Source: an uncultured Nesterenkonia sp. (GTDB taxonomy: Bacteria; Actinomycetota; Actinomycetes; Actinomycetales; Micrococcaceae). Taken from it: a stretch of 64,000 nucleotides of DNA. Below, in pieces: positions 37,579 to 47,813 of this stretch. A program made the position numbers and the translations under genes. Position 1 is the stretch's first letter, and each line of letters begins with the position of its first letter. The DNA lies in assembly GCA_946222885.1 (NCBI GenBank), contig CAMIAK010000001.1:230806-294805 (forward strand). The letters run 5' to 3'. The notes under the pieces are model-generated. The model was not told where the DNA came from. It did no database searches and saw only the letters and a list, made by a program, of their open reading frames with translations.

Positions 37579-39528
37579 ATGACTGAGGTTCTTCCCAATG
37601 TGGACGAGGGCCGGCAGGTCGATACTGGTATCGCTTTGATGCTGTGCCGCCCGTGGACTGACCGGCCCCGGTCCCATGTGGTCCAGATGCGCGCCCAGGA
37701 CCTGGTGTCCGTGGAGGCCTCCTTCCCGCGTGGCGCTGCCGGGGCAATGCGCTTCACTACCATCCGGGGCCCACACAACGAGTTCCAGAAGCTTTTGCAC
37801 GCCCAGGCCTCCCATGAGACCGGCAGCGAGGAGTACTCCATCGCCGTGATGGTCTATGACCCGCGTCGCAAAGTGTGGGTGGAGCCGGACAACAACCGGT
37901 TCATCGTAGACCGGTGGGAAGACAATATCGCCTCCGACACCAACCACATCACCTATACCTGCCGGCAGGAAGTGGTGATGCTCAACAAGATGGTGCTCGG
38001 CAGGCACAGTGGCGATTGGCGGCTCAACAACGCCTACGACGAGGCTCTGGAGGCCTACAACGAGGCGGAGCGAGACTATGACTCGCTGATCCGGCAGGCC
38101 GAGAATGCCGCCCGAGAGGTCCAGCAGGATCGCTTCGGCCACACTCGCGGCCACCGCCTGTACGGCTACCGGGGCACCGACTGGATCATCCGGTCCCGCC
38201 CCGGCGTGGCACGCTGGGGGACACTGACCGTCTGCCACCTGCGCAAGAGGATCATGATCTACCAGCCCTCCACCAACCGGTGGTTGCTGCTCCCAGAGGA
38301 CCGGGGCTCCGACACTGATACTCAGCGTCAGCGGCTGATCGACCTGGGCAACCAGATCCGTCCCGCCCGGCAGCTTCTTCAGCGTCGCCGGTCTGCCCTG
38401 GCTCGAGCTGAGCGGGCACAGCGGGAGACCTCCCGTGGTGGCACGAGGTTCTTCTACCGCCGTACCCCGGCCAGGACTCTGGCGACCGCCTGGGCTGAGG
38501 GTGGTGCCCGTGATCTGGAGCGCCGCTGGCCGCCCGGGCCAGGGGTTCGGCGGCCCCGGCAGGCGAAGGGTTTCTGGCGGGACTGGACCAACACGAGGGA
38601 CGGCAAGGGGAACGCCTGGTCGAGGTCTACCTCCACCGCGAACTGGGAGTTCCCGCTGGGTATCGGATTCTTGGATATGGTGCTCGATTTCCAGGAGAAG
38701 GGCGAGATCGACTGGACCGCTCGGGGCGGGCGTGCCTTCAGTATCGTCCCGGCTGGCGGCTTAGAGGTGGACCAGTCCCGCCGCGTGGTCCTGCGTCTTG
38801 ATACGTCGGTCACGGAGGCACGGGAGTCGGGGGATCGGTCTCAGCATCACAGTGTGACCTTCGTGCGCACCGGAGATGAGAATCGCCCCGGCTACTTCCT
38901 GACCTGGGGGCCAAACGTGGCCACCAGCGGCACCCCGTGGGGCTGGCATGAGGCATCAGTCTCGGAGCCCAACGCAGACTCAAGGCACTCGGCCGCAGTC
39001 CTGACCCGCCCGGAGCGCGAGAAGGGCCACTACCGGGAGATCCGCAACTCGTCTCGCTCCATCACCGTCGGTCAGCATTCCCCGATTCCTCTGGTGGACT
39101 TCGCACCGCACCACTGGATCTCGGTGTATGACCACGAGGACTCACTCTCGAAGCGGATTGTGGATCAGATCGTGATCCGCCAGGACGGTGAGGGTCCACT
39201 GACCGCTGACATTCAGCTGGGTACACGCCGGCAGAGGCAATTCACTGACGTGTCCCGCACCCTGTCGCGGATCCTGGGCGGGATCGACCACATCCAGGGG
39301 CACATCCCTGCCGCCCCCGGGGTGTCGGAGCCGCAGATTCCGACCTCAGCGACCTACTCGCCGCCGCTGTCCGAGTTGTCTGCCGCTCTGCGGCACAACT
39401 TTGAGACGGGCCGACCCACCGTGGTGATCCGGGCGTCCTGGGCAGAGTCGGAGCTCAGGGAGCCAGATGACGCCGGGCAGGGCGAGGACCCAGCTGATGA
39501 CCCCATAGATGACGGGAGCGATCCATGA
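37579..39528 (+). CDS. tail protein (Tal-like/minor tail)
   Basis: 649 aa following the Dit-like gene. Confidence 0.55.
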   Translation: MTEVLPNVDEGRQVDTGIALMLCRPWTDRPRSHVVQMRAQDLVSVEASFPRGAAGAMRFTTIRGPHNEFQKLLHAQASHETGSEEYSIAVMVYDPRRKVWVEPDNNRFIVDRWEDNIASDTNHITYTCRQEVVMLNKMVLGRHSGDWRLNNAYDEALEAYNEAERDYDSLIRQAENAAREVQQDRFGHTRGHRLYGYRGTDWIIRSRPGVARWGTLTVCHLRKRIMIYQPSTNRWLLLPEDRGSDTDTQRQRLIDLGNQIRPARQLLQRRRSALARAERAQRETSRGGTRFFYRRTPARTLATAWAEGGARDLERRWPPGPGVRRPRQAKGFWRDWTNTRDGKGNAWSRSTSTANWEFPLGIGFLDMVLDFQEKGEIDWTARGGRAFSIVPAGGLEVDQSRRVVLRLDTSVTEARESGDRSQHHSVTFVRTGDENRPGYFLTWGPNVATSGTPWGWHEASVSEPNADSRHSAAVLTRPEREKGHYREIRNSSRSITVGQHSPIPLVDFAPHHWISVYDHEDSLSKRIVDQIVIRQDGEGPLTADIQLGTRRQRQFTDVSRTLSRILGGIDHIQGHIPAAPGVSEPQIPTSATYSPPLSELSAALRHNFETGRPTVVIRASWAESELREPDDAGQGEDPADDPIDDGSDP

Positions 39529-42473
39529 CCCATATCCCAGATGATGAGGGCCTGCTCCCGGGTGGGATTGTCCCGGATGAGACCACCCAGGGGACTGTGG
39601 TCTCTGGTCCGTCGTCCCAGCCTGTCCTGGGTGCCCCGGAGCCGCTGGAGAAGTGGTCTGATGAGGACCCGGAGTACATCGAGTTCGAGGAGCAGGAGGA
39701 AGACTCCGAAACCGACGAGCCCGAGGAGCTGACCGAGGAGGAGCTTGAGGCTGAGCCGCTGGAGTCTGACCCGCTGGACGGGCCACAGTGGGTCCGCTAC
39801 GAGCTCTGGGCGCAGAACCTCGACGATGAGACCGACTGGGTACTCATGGCCACTGAGGATGTGGACGGGGAGGCCCTGGAGGCCGAAGTCGGCCAGATCC
39901 CGACCGCGACCAGGATGCGCTTCCGGCTCCGGCTGATTGATGCCAACGGCCAGGCCTCGAAGTGGTCTGACGCGGTGGACATCACCACGCCCCGGGATCT
40001 GACGGCACCACCGCGCCCCCTGCCGCCTGTAGTCACGGGGAACAATGGGTTCGTCACGTTCTCCACTGACGGTGCACTGACCGGTGAGACCCCTCCGGAC
40101 CTATCGCACCTGCCGCTCTACATCCAGCAGATGCATCCCGCCGGTGACCCGGACGGTGAGCCCGGAGACCCGGTACGGCTGACTGAGTTCCGCACCGCCG
40201 GCCACCACACCACCGGCCAATTCCAGGACCGGGTCGAGCACCGCGCCTTCCTGACCGCGGTGGACACTACCGGCAATGAGTCTCCGCGCTCGGAGTACGT
40301 CTACTTCACCCCGACTGAGCCGGTGGACGCTGAGCGCATCCGTGATGAGGTGGATTCCATCTCTGAGCGGGTGGGCGAGGGGCTGGAGCAGTCTCTGACG
40401 GCTGGCCTTGTCTCGATGCAGGCGGACCTTGATGAGTTTCGTCAGGAGTGGGAAGACGCCGAGTGGGACGAAGAAGCGATGCAAGAGCTTCGCGACCGGC
40501 AACGCACTTTCGATGACCGACTGACAGCCGGTCTCGCGGAGGCTGAGGAGTCCTACCGTCGCCTGGCGATCCGCAGTACGGAGAACTTGATCAATGATCG
40601 GGGCTTCGATGTTCCGCTGAATACTGATCCTGCTGAGTGGTGGGCGGATAATCCCGACGTGTGGGAGCAGCGCAGCATCACCTTCGCCTCTGCTGATGTC
40701 GGCTCCTATCTGGCTTTGATGATCGAAGCCTGGGATGGGACCGCGCAGGGCATCTACTACCGGGCCTCCGATTCACCGCTGCCGGTAGAGCCGGGCGAGA
40801 CGTATCAGATTCGTTTCAAGCGATTCCGAAATTCGGATCCCACAGAGGTAGAGACCAGCATCAATGTGCAGTGGTCATTCCGTGACGGGACCACTGAATG
40901 GGATGGTCGCTATCATCTGGATGAGTACGCCAGTATGGAGCAGATCAGCCACCAGGTGACTGTCCCGGATGGTGCCATCGGCATGAGGCCTTATTGGCGC
41001 CTGGCGACTGATCAGTCCCTTTCCGGTTCCACTGCGCTCATGGGGCTGGTGGATCCGTCGATTTTCAAAATGAATGACGGCCAACTCACCGTGGATGGCA
41101 CGCTCCTGGCCCGTCACGTGGACATGGAGGACTTCACCGCAGACCAGGGCTTCCTCGACCACGCGATGGTCAACCTCATCCAGGGCCGCCTGGCGGAGTT
41201 TGATGAGGCCCTGATCGGGAACGTGCTCATCAAGGATGGCGCGATCACTCCCGAAAAGGTGGTGGTCGGCCCCCGGAACCAGATTACGGACAGGGACTTC
41301 AAGACTGTTCATGACGGTGAGACTGCGAGCTGGCATGATGCCGGGCGGAATTGGGAGACCGTAAGCGTCTCCTGGTCCAACCGTGCATTCCTCCGGATAG
41401 GGGACGACGCTCTAGCCTCCGGGGATAACGCCTTCGTCACCTACGGCGGGTCCCTCCCGGGCAACGCGGTTATCCCGTGCCAGCCCGGGGAAGTCTTCAA
41501 GCTGAGATTCCAAGTCCTCCGGTACGTCGGGTGGAGTAGCGATGATGACTACCGGGCACGCTTTCGGTGGGTGTCGGACGGCCAGGGTATCGCTTGGTCC
41601 ACGCTGAACTTCAGTGATGTCGGGAACCAGAGCTGGGCGGAGCTGGAGGCAACCGCACCAGAAGGTGCTGACAGCTTCTACCTCTCCTTCGCCAAGTTCG
41701 GATCAGTAGGAGCGGCTCGGGGCATTGGGAATGTCTCACTGCGATCGATGACGACCTCGGAAATGATCGTCCACGGGGCAGTCAAAGCAGTGCAGATCGA
41801 CGTCCAAGATCTCGCCGCAGCAAACGCCCGGATGCAGACCCTCTGGGCGGGCTTCGCCGGGTTCAGTGAGGCGCAGATCGACAACCTGCTCGCCAACGTG
41901 GGTCACTTCAAGACGATCAACGCCCCGCTGGTGCAGTCCCACACGCAGTCCAATCGCGGGTGGAAGCTACAGCCCTCCGGGGAGGCGGAGATCTACGACG
42001 GCAATGGCCGCCGGGTGCTCCACGCCCACGATGGTGGGCTCGACGTCGATGGGCACGCGACCCTGCGCTCGGCCGACATCTCAGGCCCGCTGCGTGTCGG
42101 CGGCGATGGCGAGGGCGGGATCGTCCCCGCCGGAGATAGGACCCGATTCCTAGGGCGGACCCCGGCGACCACCGGCCCCACGGACACGATGGCCTATGGG
42201 CGCACCGGGCAGATCGACCCACCCACGTCGCGGGTGGTCTTGCGGGTTACCTACGAGACCCCGACCCCTACATCGGCCCGTGTGCCGATCACCGGTATCC
42301 ATATCGGCTCGAGTCACGCCCCGCAGGCGCTGCCCACTACGGCGACCCAGAATCGTGACGCAAGCGGGTTCAGAATCCGGGTGCAGTACATGGCCGGCTG
42401 GCATTTCTGGGTCTACTACACCGCCTTCTGGGGCGACCCGCCCAACAGTGACGGATCAATCGAGGCAGGATAA
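39525..42473 (+). CDS. minor tail/receptor-binding-like protein
   Basis: 982 aa; strongly acidic N-terminal segment; last large gene of the tail module. Confidence 0.55.
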   Translation: MTHIPDDEGLLPGGIVPDETTQGTVVSGPSSQPVLGAPEPLEKWSDEDPEYIEFEEQEEDSETDEPEELTEEELEAEPLESDPLDGPQWVRYELWAQNLDDETDWVLMATEDVDGEALEAEVGQIPTATRMRFRLRLIDANGQASKWSDAVDITTPRDLTAPPRPLPPVVTGNNGFVTFSTDGALTGETPPDLSHLPLYIQQMHPAGDPDGEPGDPVRLTEFRTAGHHTTGQFQDRVEHRAFLTAVDTTGNESPRSEYVYFTPTEPVDAERIRDEVDSISERVGEGLEQSLTAGLVSMQADLDEFRQEWEDAEWDEEAMQELRDRQRTFDDRLTAGLAEAEESYRRLAIRSTENLINDRGFDVPLNTDPAEWWADNPDVWEQRSITFASADVGSYLALMIEAWDGTAQGIYYRASDSPLPVEPGETYQIRFKRFRNSDPTEVETSINVQWSFRDGTTEWDGRYHLDEYASMEQISHQVTVPDGAIGMRPYWRLATDQSLSGSTALMGLVDPSIFKMNDGQLTVDGTLLARHVDMEDFTADQGFLDHAMVNLIQGRLAEFDEALIGNVLIKDGAITPEKVVVGPRNQITDRDFKTVHDGETASWHDAGRNWETVSVSWSNRAFLRIGDDALASGDNAFVTYGGSLPGNAVIPCQPGEVFKLRFQVLRYVGWSSDDDYRARFRWVSDGQGIAWSTLNFSDVGNQSWAELEATAPEGADSFYLSFAKFGSVGAARGIGNVSLRSMTTSEMIVHGAVKAVQIDVQDLAAANARMQTLWAGFAGFSEAQIDNLLANVGHFKTINAPLVQSHTQSNRGWKLQPSGEAEIYDGNGRRVLHAHDGGLDVDGHATLRSADISGPLRVGGDGEGGIVPAGDRTRFLGRTPATTGPTDTMAYGRTGQIDPPTSRVVLRVTYETPTPTSARVPITGIHIGSSHAPQALPTTATQNRDASGFRIRVQYMAGWHFWVYYTAFWGDPPNSDGSIEAG

Positions 42474-42483
42474 GGAGGGCATC

Positions 42484-43224
42484 TTGGAGGATGCACATAT
42501 CACTGAGGACCACCTCCTCATCCACGAGCGCACGTATGCCGACACTGATGGTGAGGAGGTGGCCGACCTCCACGACATACCCCTGGCCGCAGTCGCCAGC
42601 TACTCCGAGCTGCTCGGCTACTCGAATGCGGTGGATGTGGTCTCGGCGATCACCGCAGCCAGCGGAGATGTGGAGGGTGCTATCGCGGAGCCGCTGATGG
42701 TGCTCACCTACCGGGAGCAGGCCAGGGAGCAAGCCGCCGCACAGGCGGTGCTGGATCACCCGGCTGTCCACCCGAGATCGCCCGCACTGGCGGGGGCGCT
42801 TGCCGCCTATGAGGCAATGTGCGAGATCAGTGGCACACGTGACCCAGCTGAATCTCTGCTGGTGCGGTGCCAGAAGGAGGCGCGTCGGAAGCTGGGCCTG
42901 CCCGACCCGGTCCAGCGGCCCTCTATCCAGCGAGGTCAGCACACCCTCTGTGACCCGGCACCCCACCTGGCCACCGAGGACCCGGCCTTCGGGGTCGAGG
43001 ATCGGCAGAGGCTCGCCGCAGTGCTCGCGTCGAAATGCAGCCCGGATGACCAGGACGAGGACGCGCCGCGCTGGCTGGATTTCATCCAAGCCAGGCGGGA
43101 GGCCTTCTGCCACTCTCTGACCGGCAGCATCGTGGACCCGCTGACACCAGCGGCACCCGAGCCGCAGGAGCAGCCGCTGACCATGGAGGCCCTACGGGAC
43201 CGCTACAGAAGCGAGGACGCATGA
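42484..43224 (+). CDS. hypothetical protein
   Basis: In-frame TTG 7 nt after AGGAGGG; the 42196 start in the track overlaps the tail gene. Confidence 0.45.
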   Translation: MEDAHITEDHLLIHERTYADTDGEEVADLHDIPLAAVASYSELLGYSNAVDVVSAITAASGDVEGAIAEPLMVLTYREQAREQAAAQAVLDHPAVHPRSPALAGALAAYEAMCEISGTRDPAESLLVRCQKEARRKLGLPDPVQRPSIQRGQHTLCDPAPHLATEDPAFGVEDRQRLAAVLASKCSPDDQDEDAPRWLDFIQARREAFCHSLTGSIVDPLTPAAPEPQEQPLTMEALRDRYRSEDA

Positions 43225-43661
43225 ATAAGCCACGCGCACCACTCGGGCTCGCATCGAAGGTCTGGGCATTCATCGAGGAACCGAAGTCGGTCACCCTCGT
43301 CCAAGCAGTCGGGGTCTACACCACCGCGATAATCTTCGGCGTGCTCTCATTCCTGCACCCGCCCCGGACCACGTCAGTGATCCTCGGTGACTTCCTGGTC
43401 ACCAGCATCTCTGCGCTGATGATCTTCGCCGGGGCGGTAGGTGTGGTCACTAGCGTTACTGGCTGGTGGTGGATCGAGAGACCCCTGGCCGTCGGATTCC
43501 TATCCGTCGCCGCGCTGATGTACCTCTACAGCGTCATCGAGGCCCAAGTACTCAGCGACGGAAACCGGTGGCTACAGATCGGGTTCGTCGTCATCGCCCT
43601 CGGAGGGCTCGCCGCCCGGTGGTTGAGAATCCGGAAAGCGAACTACGACCCCGTGACATAG
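43221..43661 (+). CDS. 4-TM membrane protein (holin/antiholin-like) heading the lysis cassette
   Basis: Four hydrophobic helices; upstream of the endolysin. Confidence 0.55.
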   Translation: MNKPRAPLGLASKVWAFIEEPKSVTLVQAVGVYTTAIIFGVLSFLHPPRTTSVILGDFLVTSISALMIFAGAVGVVTSVTGWWWIERPLAVGFLSVAALMYLYSVIEAQVLSDGNRWLQIGFVVIALGGLAARWLRIRKANYDPVT

Positions 43662-43671
43662 GAGGGCTCTC

Positions 43672-44001
43672 ATGGGGGACGAGAACCCTCTGATCTACCT
43701 ACTCGGCGGCGGATCACTATCGCTACTGATGGCAGCATTCATCAAAGGCGCGTGGGACTGGCTGAAAGGCCGACACGAGCGAGAAAGAGCCCAGTCTAAG
43801 GACCGCCGCGACACCATCACCACCTTGAAGCAGGAGGTCCGGGACGCTGAGGCTGAGGCCGACGAGGCTCGGGCAGAGTCCATCCGCCACCAGCGCCGAG
43901 CCAGCGTCCTCTGGGAGTACGCCTACCGGCTGAGGCGGCACACGATCAGCACCTACCAGGCTGACCCAGACAGCCTCCCGCCCTGGCCCGAAGACCACTG
44001 A
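43672..44001 (+). CDS. TM plus coiled-coil lysis-cassette protein (copy 2 of 198..527)
   Basis: Identical to copy 1. Confidence 0.5.
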   Translation: MGDENPLIYLLGGGSLSLLMAAFIKGAWDWLKGRHERERAQSKDRRDTITTLKQEVRDAEAEADEARAESIRHQRRASVLWEYAYRLRRHTISTYQADPDSLPPWPEDH

Positions 44002-44062
44002 CCACACCCACAACCCCCGCTCCACACAGACGGGGGTTTTCTCATGCCTGAAGGAGGCCCCC

Positions 44063-44221
44063 ATGGGGAAGCACCTGGTACACGACGACATCCCTATCGA
44101 GCTCGACGACGACGTGGATGTGTCCCTGCTCGACGCAGACCCGGACGACGAGGACAGCGGACTGGACCTGGAGAAAGTCTACGCCGATGAGCTGGCCGAC
44201 GCTGAGGAGGTGGAGGCATGA
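44063..44221 (+). CDS. small acidic protein (copy 2 of 589..747)
   Basis: Identical to copy 1. Confidence 0.4.
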   Translation: MGKHLVHDDIPIELDDDVDVSLLDADPDDEDSGLDLEKVYADELADAEEVEA

Positions 44222-45372
44222 GCACGATCATCTCCCGCGCCTCCTGGGGTGCTCGATTCCAGGACGGCTACGGTAATCGCCCGGTCGGATCGCTGGCTGT
44301 GTACGGGCATCACAGCGTGACCGGCCACAGCGGCCCGTCGGCCACCTTCGCTCAGGACTGCGCCGCCGTGCGCACCGTCGAAAGGGTAGGGCAACAGATC
44401 TACCGAGTCGGGATGAGCTACACCTTCCTGATCCCGCCGTCTGGTCGGATCTTCCAAGGTGTCAGCATCGGCCGCGTCTCGGCCCACACGATCAACCGGA
44501 ACACCGGTGGTGCCGGGATCTGCTTCATCGGCAATTACGAGCGCGAGTCCCTGACTGCCGCACAGATCGCGGCCACAGCATGGCTCCTGGACCATGGGCG
44601 GCGGCAGGGCTGGTGGACCACTGACCGGTTCACCGCCCTGCACCGTGACGTCTTCGCCACCGCCTGCCCCGGCAGGAACGCCGTCAGTCCGCTCCGGGCT
44701 GTCCGGGCGTCCAGCGGCTCCACCTCCACCACGGGCGCCGGCTCCACCACCAATAGCCTGACCGGCTTCCTCCGCGCCACTCGCGACACGGAGCTGCGTA
44801 GCGGCCCTCTGTCCACGCACAAGAAGGTCCGCGACGTGAAGGAGGGTGAGCTGCTGATCGGCTCCGGGCAGGATAGTCAGTGGTGGACTGGAGTCGGTGA
44901 CCTTTGGGTGCCGAAATCCGCAGTCGAGAAGCGCAAGCACGGCGGTTCCAGTGACGTCCTGCACCACGGGCAGTGGCCCGACCGGGACCTGCCGCTGGAC
45001 GCCAACCGGAGCCGTGAGTTCTTCCTCGCCTGGGAGGACCTCCTGCGCCGCACCGGCGACTGGAGCGACCGGGACGGCAGCGTGCACGCGGCGATCAAGC
45101 GGTGGCTCCGCGGTGCATGGAACCCCGCCGCCAACTCTGGCAAGGGCTACGGCGTCGGCTGGGGCAAGGAGATGACCGGCCAGTACGGGCGCGGCCTCAA
45201 GCGGGCACTACGCGACCGGGGCTTCTTCTCCGGCGACGTCTCCACCGGCGCATGGACCGACGAGCTCACCCGTGCGGAGAAGGCGTTCCTCAACGACCAG
45301 CGCCGCCACCTGGCACCCCAGCCGCCCTCGGCCACGACCCATACCCGCGCATTCTCAGGAAAGGTGCACTGA
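44218..45372 (+). CDS. endolysin: amidase_2/PGRP plus PG-binding domain (copy 2)
   Basis: Identical to 744..1898. Confidence 0.85.
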   Translation: MSTIISRASWGARFQDGYGNRPVGSLAVYGHHSVTGHSGPSATFAQDCAAVRTVERVGQQIYRVGMSYTFLIPPSGRIFQGVSIGRVSAHTINRNTGGAGICFIGNYERESLTAAQIAATAWLLDHGRRQGWWTTDRFTALHRDVFATACPGRNAVSPLRAVRASSGSTSTTGAGSTTNSLTGFLRATRDTELRSGPLSTHKKVRDVKEGELLIGSGQDSQWWTGVGDLWVPKSAVEKRKHGGSSDVLHHGQWPDRDLPLDANRSREFFLAWEDLLRRTGDWSDRDGSVHAAIKRWLRGAWNPAANSGKGYGVGWGKEMTGQYGRGLKRALRDRGFFSGDVSTGAWTDELTRAEKAFLNDQRRHLAPQPPSATTHTRAFSGKVH

Positions 45373-45374
45373 TC

Positions 45375-45701
45375 ATGGCAGGAACCCCCACACAGCAGGC
45401 CCACCCGTGGAAAGCAGCCCTACGAACCGCGGTGCAGACCTTCCTTCCCCTGATCCTGGGGCTGATGATCGCAGGCCCGGAGATCGTGGAAGCCTTCGCT
45501 GACGTGCCCACTGATGGTGCCGCGTGGGCCACCCTCGGCGGTGTAGCAGTCGGCCTGTCTGCCGTGGCCGGTGCGCTGGCACGAGTCGCCGCAATCCCCG
45601 CCGTAGAGAAGGTGCTGATCCGCCTGGGTCTCGGCACCGGGGTCGAGAAAGAAGACCCCTGGGAAGTCGTCGACAACCCGCCTGCACGCCCCGCAGAATA
45701 A
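45375..45701 (+). CDS. holin-like 2-TM protein (copy 2)
   Basis: Identical to 1901..2227. Confidence 0.6.
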   Translation: MAGTPTQQAHPWKAALRTAVQTFLPLILGLMIAGPEIVEAFADVPTDGAAWATLGGVAVGLSAVAGALARVAAIPAVEKVLIRLGLGTGVEKEDPWEVVDNPPARPAE

Positions 45702-45724
45702 GTACCGGAGCGAACACCGACAGA

Positions 45725-45768
45725 GCCGCCCCACCTTGCTTCGGCAGGGTGGGGCGGTTGCTTTTTTG
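45725..45768 (+). terminator. rho-independent terminator after lysis operon (copy 2)
   Basis: Identical to 2251..2294. Confidence 0.7.
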
Positions 45769-45871
45769 TGTCCAAAACACGATTAGCCAGGTAGAATGAG
45801 AGCGGCCCCAGAGAGTGCTACCAACACTCACCAGGGCCTGACCCACTCACTTGAGATAGCAAGGAGGGGCT

Positions 45872-46405
45872 ATGAAAAAGCCTACCCCGATCACATCCAT
45901 CCCCGAGTCCCAGGCCGAGATCGCTCGACTGCGGATTACACGCAACACGGACGTCTCGCCGCATGGTTGCTGGGAATGGAACAAGGCTCTCGACCGGTAT
46001 GGATACGGTCGATTCCGCATCACATTGGCTGGTCAAGTTCGCTCCTCCGGCGCCCACCGCATATCTTGGCTTGTCTTCCGTGGGGAAATACCTGACCCGC
46101 GCTTGCAGATTGACCATCTCTGCCGCAACCGTCGATGTGTGAATCCCGATCATCTGGAACTCGTCACGAACTATCAGAACTACGAGCGGGCAGCACCCTT
46201 CCCGGAATGGCAGTTCGGCGTTCGGGGCAGTCGTGGCCGCCCGCCTATCCGCACCAAGGAAAAATGTGCACACGGTCACCCATGGATCCCCGAGAACATC
46301 TATGTACGCGTGGATCGCAACGGATATGTCCACAAGACCTGCAAGCAGTGCAACCGCATTCGCAGCCTCGCGGCAAAGGTGAAGCGTCGGGCAAGCAGTG
46401 CCTAG
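45872..46405 (+). CDS. HNH endonuclease (HNH_3-type; copy 2)
   Basis: Identical to 2398..2931. Confidence 0.85.
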   Translation: MKKPTPITSIPESQAEIARLRITRNTDVSPHGCWEWNKALDRYGYGRFRITLAGQVRSSGAHRISWLVFRGEIPDPRLQIDHLCRNRRCVNPDHLELVTNYQNYERAAPFPEWQFGVRGSRGRPPIRTKEKCAHGHPWIPENIYVRVDRNGYVHKTCKQCNRIRSLAAKVKRRASSA

Positions 46406-46601
46406 CCCAGGTCATACGGATCCCGCCATGATGACTCGGCCCGGCTGATCCTGTTTACCCACCCCGCAGGCACCCATGCGCTGCGGCTTTCGTGTGCCTA
46501 GGTGGCGTGAGGCCGGCCTCGCAAGGACACTAGTAGGTTCTCAGGAAGTCAACAGTCGCGACATCTCCTCCATGGCATCCTTAGCCGCAGGGGGTGGAGG
46601 C

Positions 46602-47717
46602 CTACGATCCCAGCGCCCGCGCCGCGTACCCTGCCGCCTCGAACTGCGCATCCGGCATCAGGTGTCCGTACACATTCCTGGTCATTGTCTCGTCGTGTCC
46701 GAGGTGTGCGGCGAGCTTCCACGTCTCCATGCCGGCCGCCAGCATCAGTGACGCATGGGTATGCCTTAGCGCATACAGCGTTGGTTTCTTCGCCAGCTTG
46801 CCTGCTGTCCGAGCCTTCTCGGCAGCCCTGGAGAAAGCTCCAGACAGGGAGTCCTCTGACATCCAGTCGCCCCGAGCTCCGGGGAAGAGGCGTTCCTGGG
46901 ACTCCCTGCCCTCACATCGCCTCTTCAGCATCTGCACCGCCGACGGTGGTAGCCCAATCGACCGGCGGGACGCCCGGGACTTCACCGGGCCAAGATGCTC
47001 GCCCTTCTCGCGGTCCTGATTGATAGCGATTGTCACCCGGATTACCGGCTGCTTTTGGTCTAGCCAGCAGTCCCCGACAGTGAGGGCGCGCAGCTCAGCA
47101 GGCCGCATACCGGTGGCAAGCATGAGCGCTGCTGCATCCTGGTAGGGCTGCGGAATCCGGTCAATGATCGCTTGGGCTTCGGTTCTGGTGAGGAACTGGT
47201 GATGCTCGGCCTCGTCTGTGCGCTCCACAGGAGGGAGCATCCCTGCTTTCATCGGGTTTCCAGACCTCCAGCCGCGCTCCTCGGCGTGCAGGAAGATGCT
47301 GGATAGCCAGCCGCAGATGTTGTGGATGTACTTCGGGCTCAGCCCCTTCTTCTCCAGGGAGATCACGAAGCGGCGGCAATCGTCCTCGCTGACCGTGTCC
47401 ACCGGCCAAGACCCTAAAGTAGGACTGATGTGATTCTTGACGTAGGTCCGATAAGTCTGCACCGTGTAGGAGCGCGCTCGAAGCAGCTCCATCCTGTGCT
47501 CTGAGACCTGATTTACAGTCTTGGCGCGGGAAGACTGGCGTGCCAGTGCCTCGGCGGCGCGCTTACTGTCGCCGCCTACCTCCTCGATCAGTGACTTCCA
47601 GAGGTCTGCCTTCTCCCGGGTGGGCCATGTCTTGGATTTCTTGATGCCTTCTGGTGTGCGCCATACGACGCGGTATGTCGTCCCCCTGGGACGCTCGCGG
47701 ACTTCGATGCTAGCCAT
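46602..47717 (-). CDS. int: tyrosine integrase (copy 2)
   Basis: Identical to 3128..4243; adjacent to the complete tRNA-Ser. Confidence 0.9.
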   Translation of the reverse strand: MASIEVRERPRGTTYRVVWRTPEGIKKSKTWPTREKADLWKSLIEEVGGDSKRAAEALARQSSRAKTVNQVSEHRMELLRARSYTVQTYRTYVKNHISPTLGSWPVDTVSEDDCRRFVISLEKKGLSPKYIHNICGWLSSIFLHAEERGWRSGNPMKAGMLPPVERTDEAEHHQFLTRTEAQAIIDRIPQPYQDAAALMLATGMRPAELRALTVGDCWLDQKQPVIRVTIAINQDREKGEHLGPVKSRASRRSIGLPPSAVQMLKRRCEGRESQERLFPGARGDWMSEDSLSGAFSRAAEKARTAGKLAKKPTLYALRHTHASLMLAAGMETWKLAAHLGHDETMTRNVYGHLMPDAQFEAAGYAARALGS

Positions 47718-47813
47718 GCCCTGATTCTAAGGGATTCTGGGGGACATAATTCCGTAACTGGGGGACTGGAAGCGATTCGACACCCTCGGATCGGCATTAT
47801 TCCGGCCCTCATT

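Noticed and set aside
36556-38238. 560-aa minus-strand ORF across the Dit-like and tail genes, and the similar 23925..25124 ORF antisense to terL
   Set aside because: They lie inside a continuous, translationally coupled forward-strand structural operon. Composition is typical of GC-rich wrong-frame ORFs.
46511-46530. GAGGCCGGCCTC palindrome between the HNH gene and int as a bidirectional terminator
   Set aside because: A perfect palindrome with no loop, a bulged flank and no T-run. Too weak to call a terminator and it may be coincidental.
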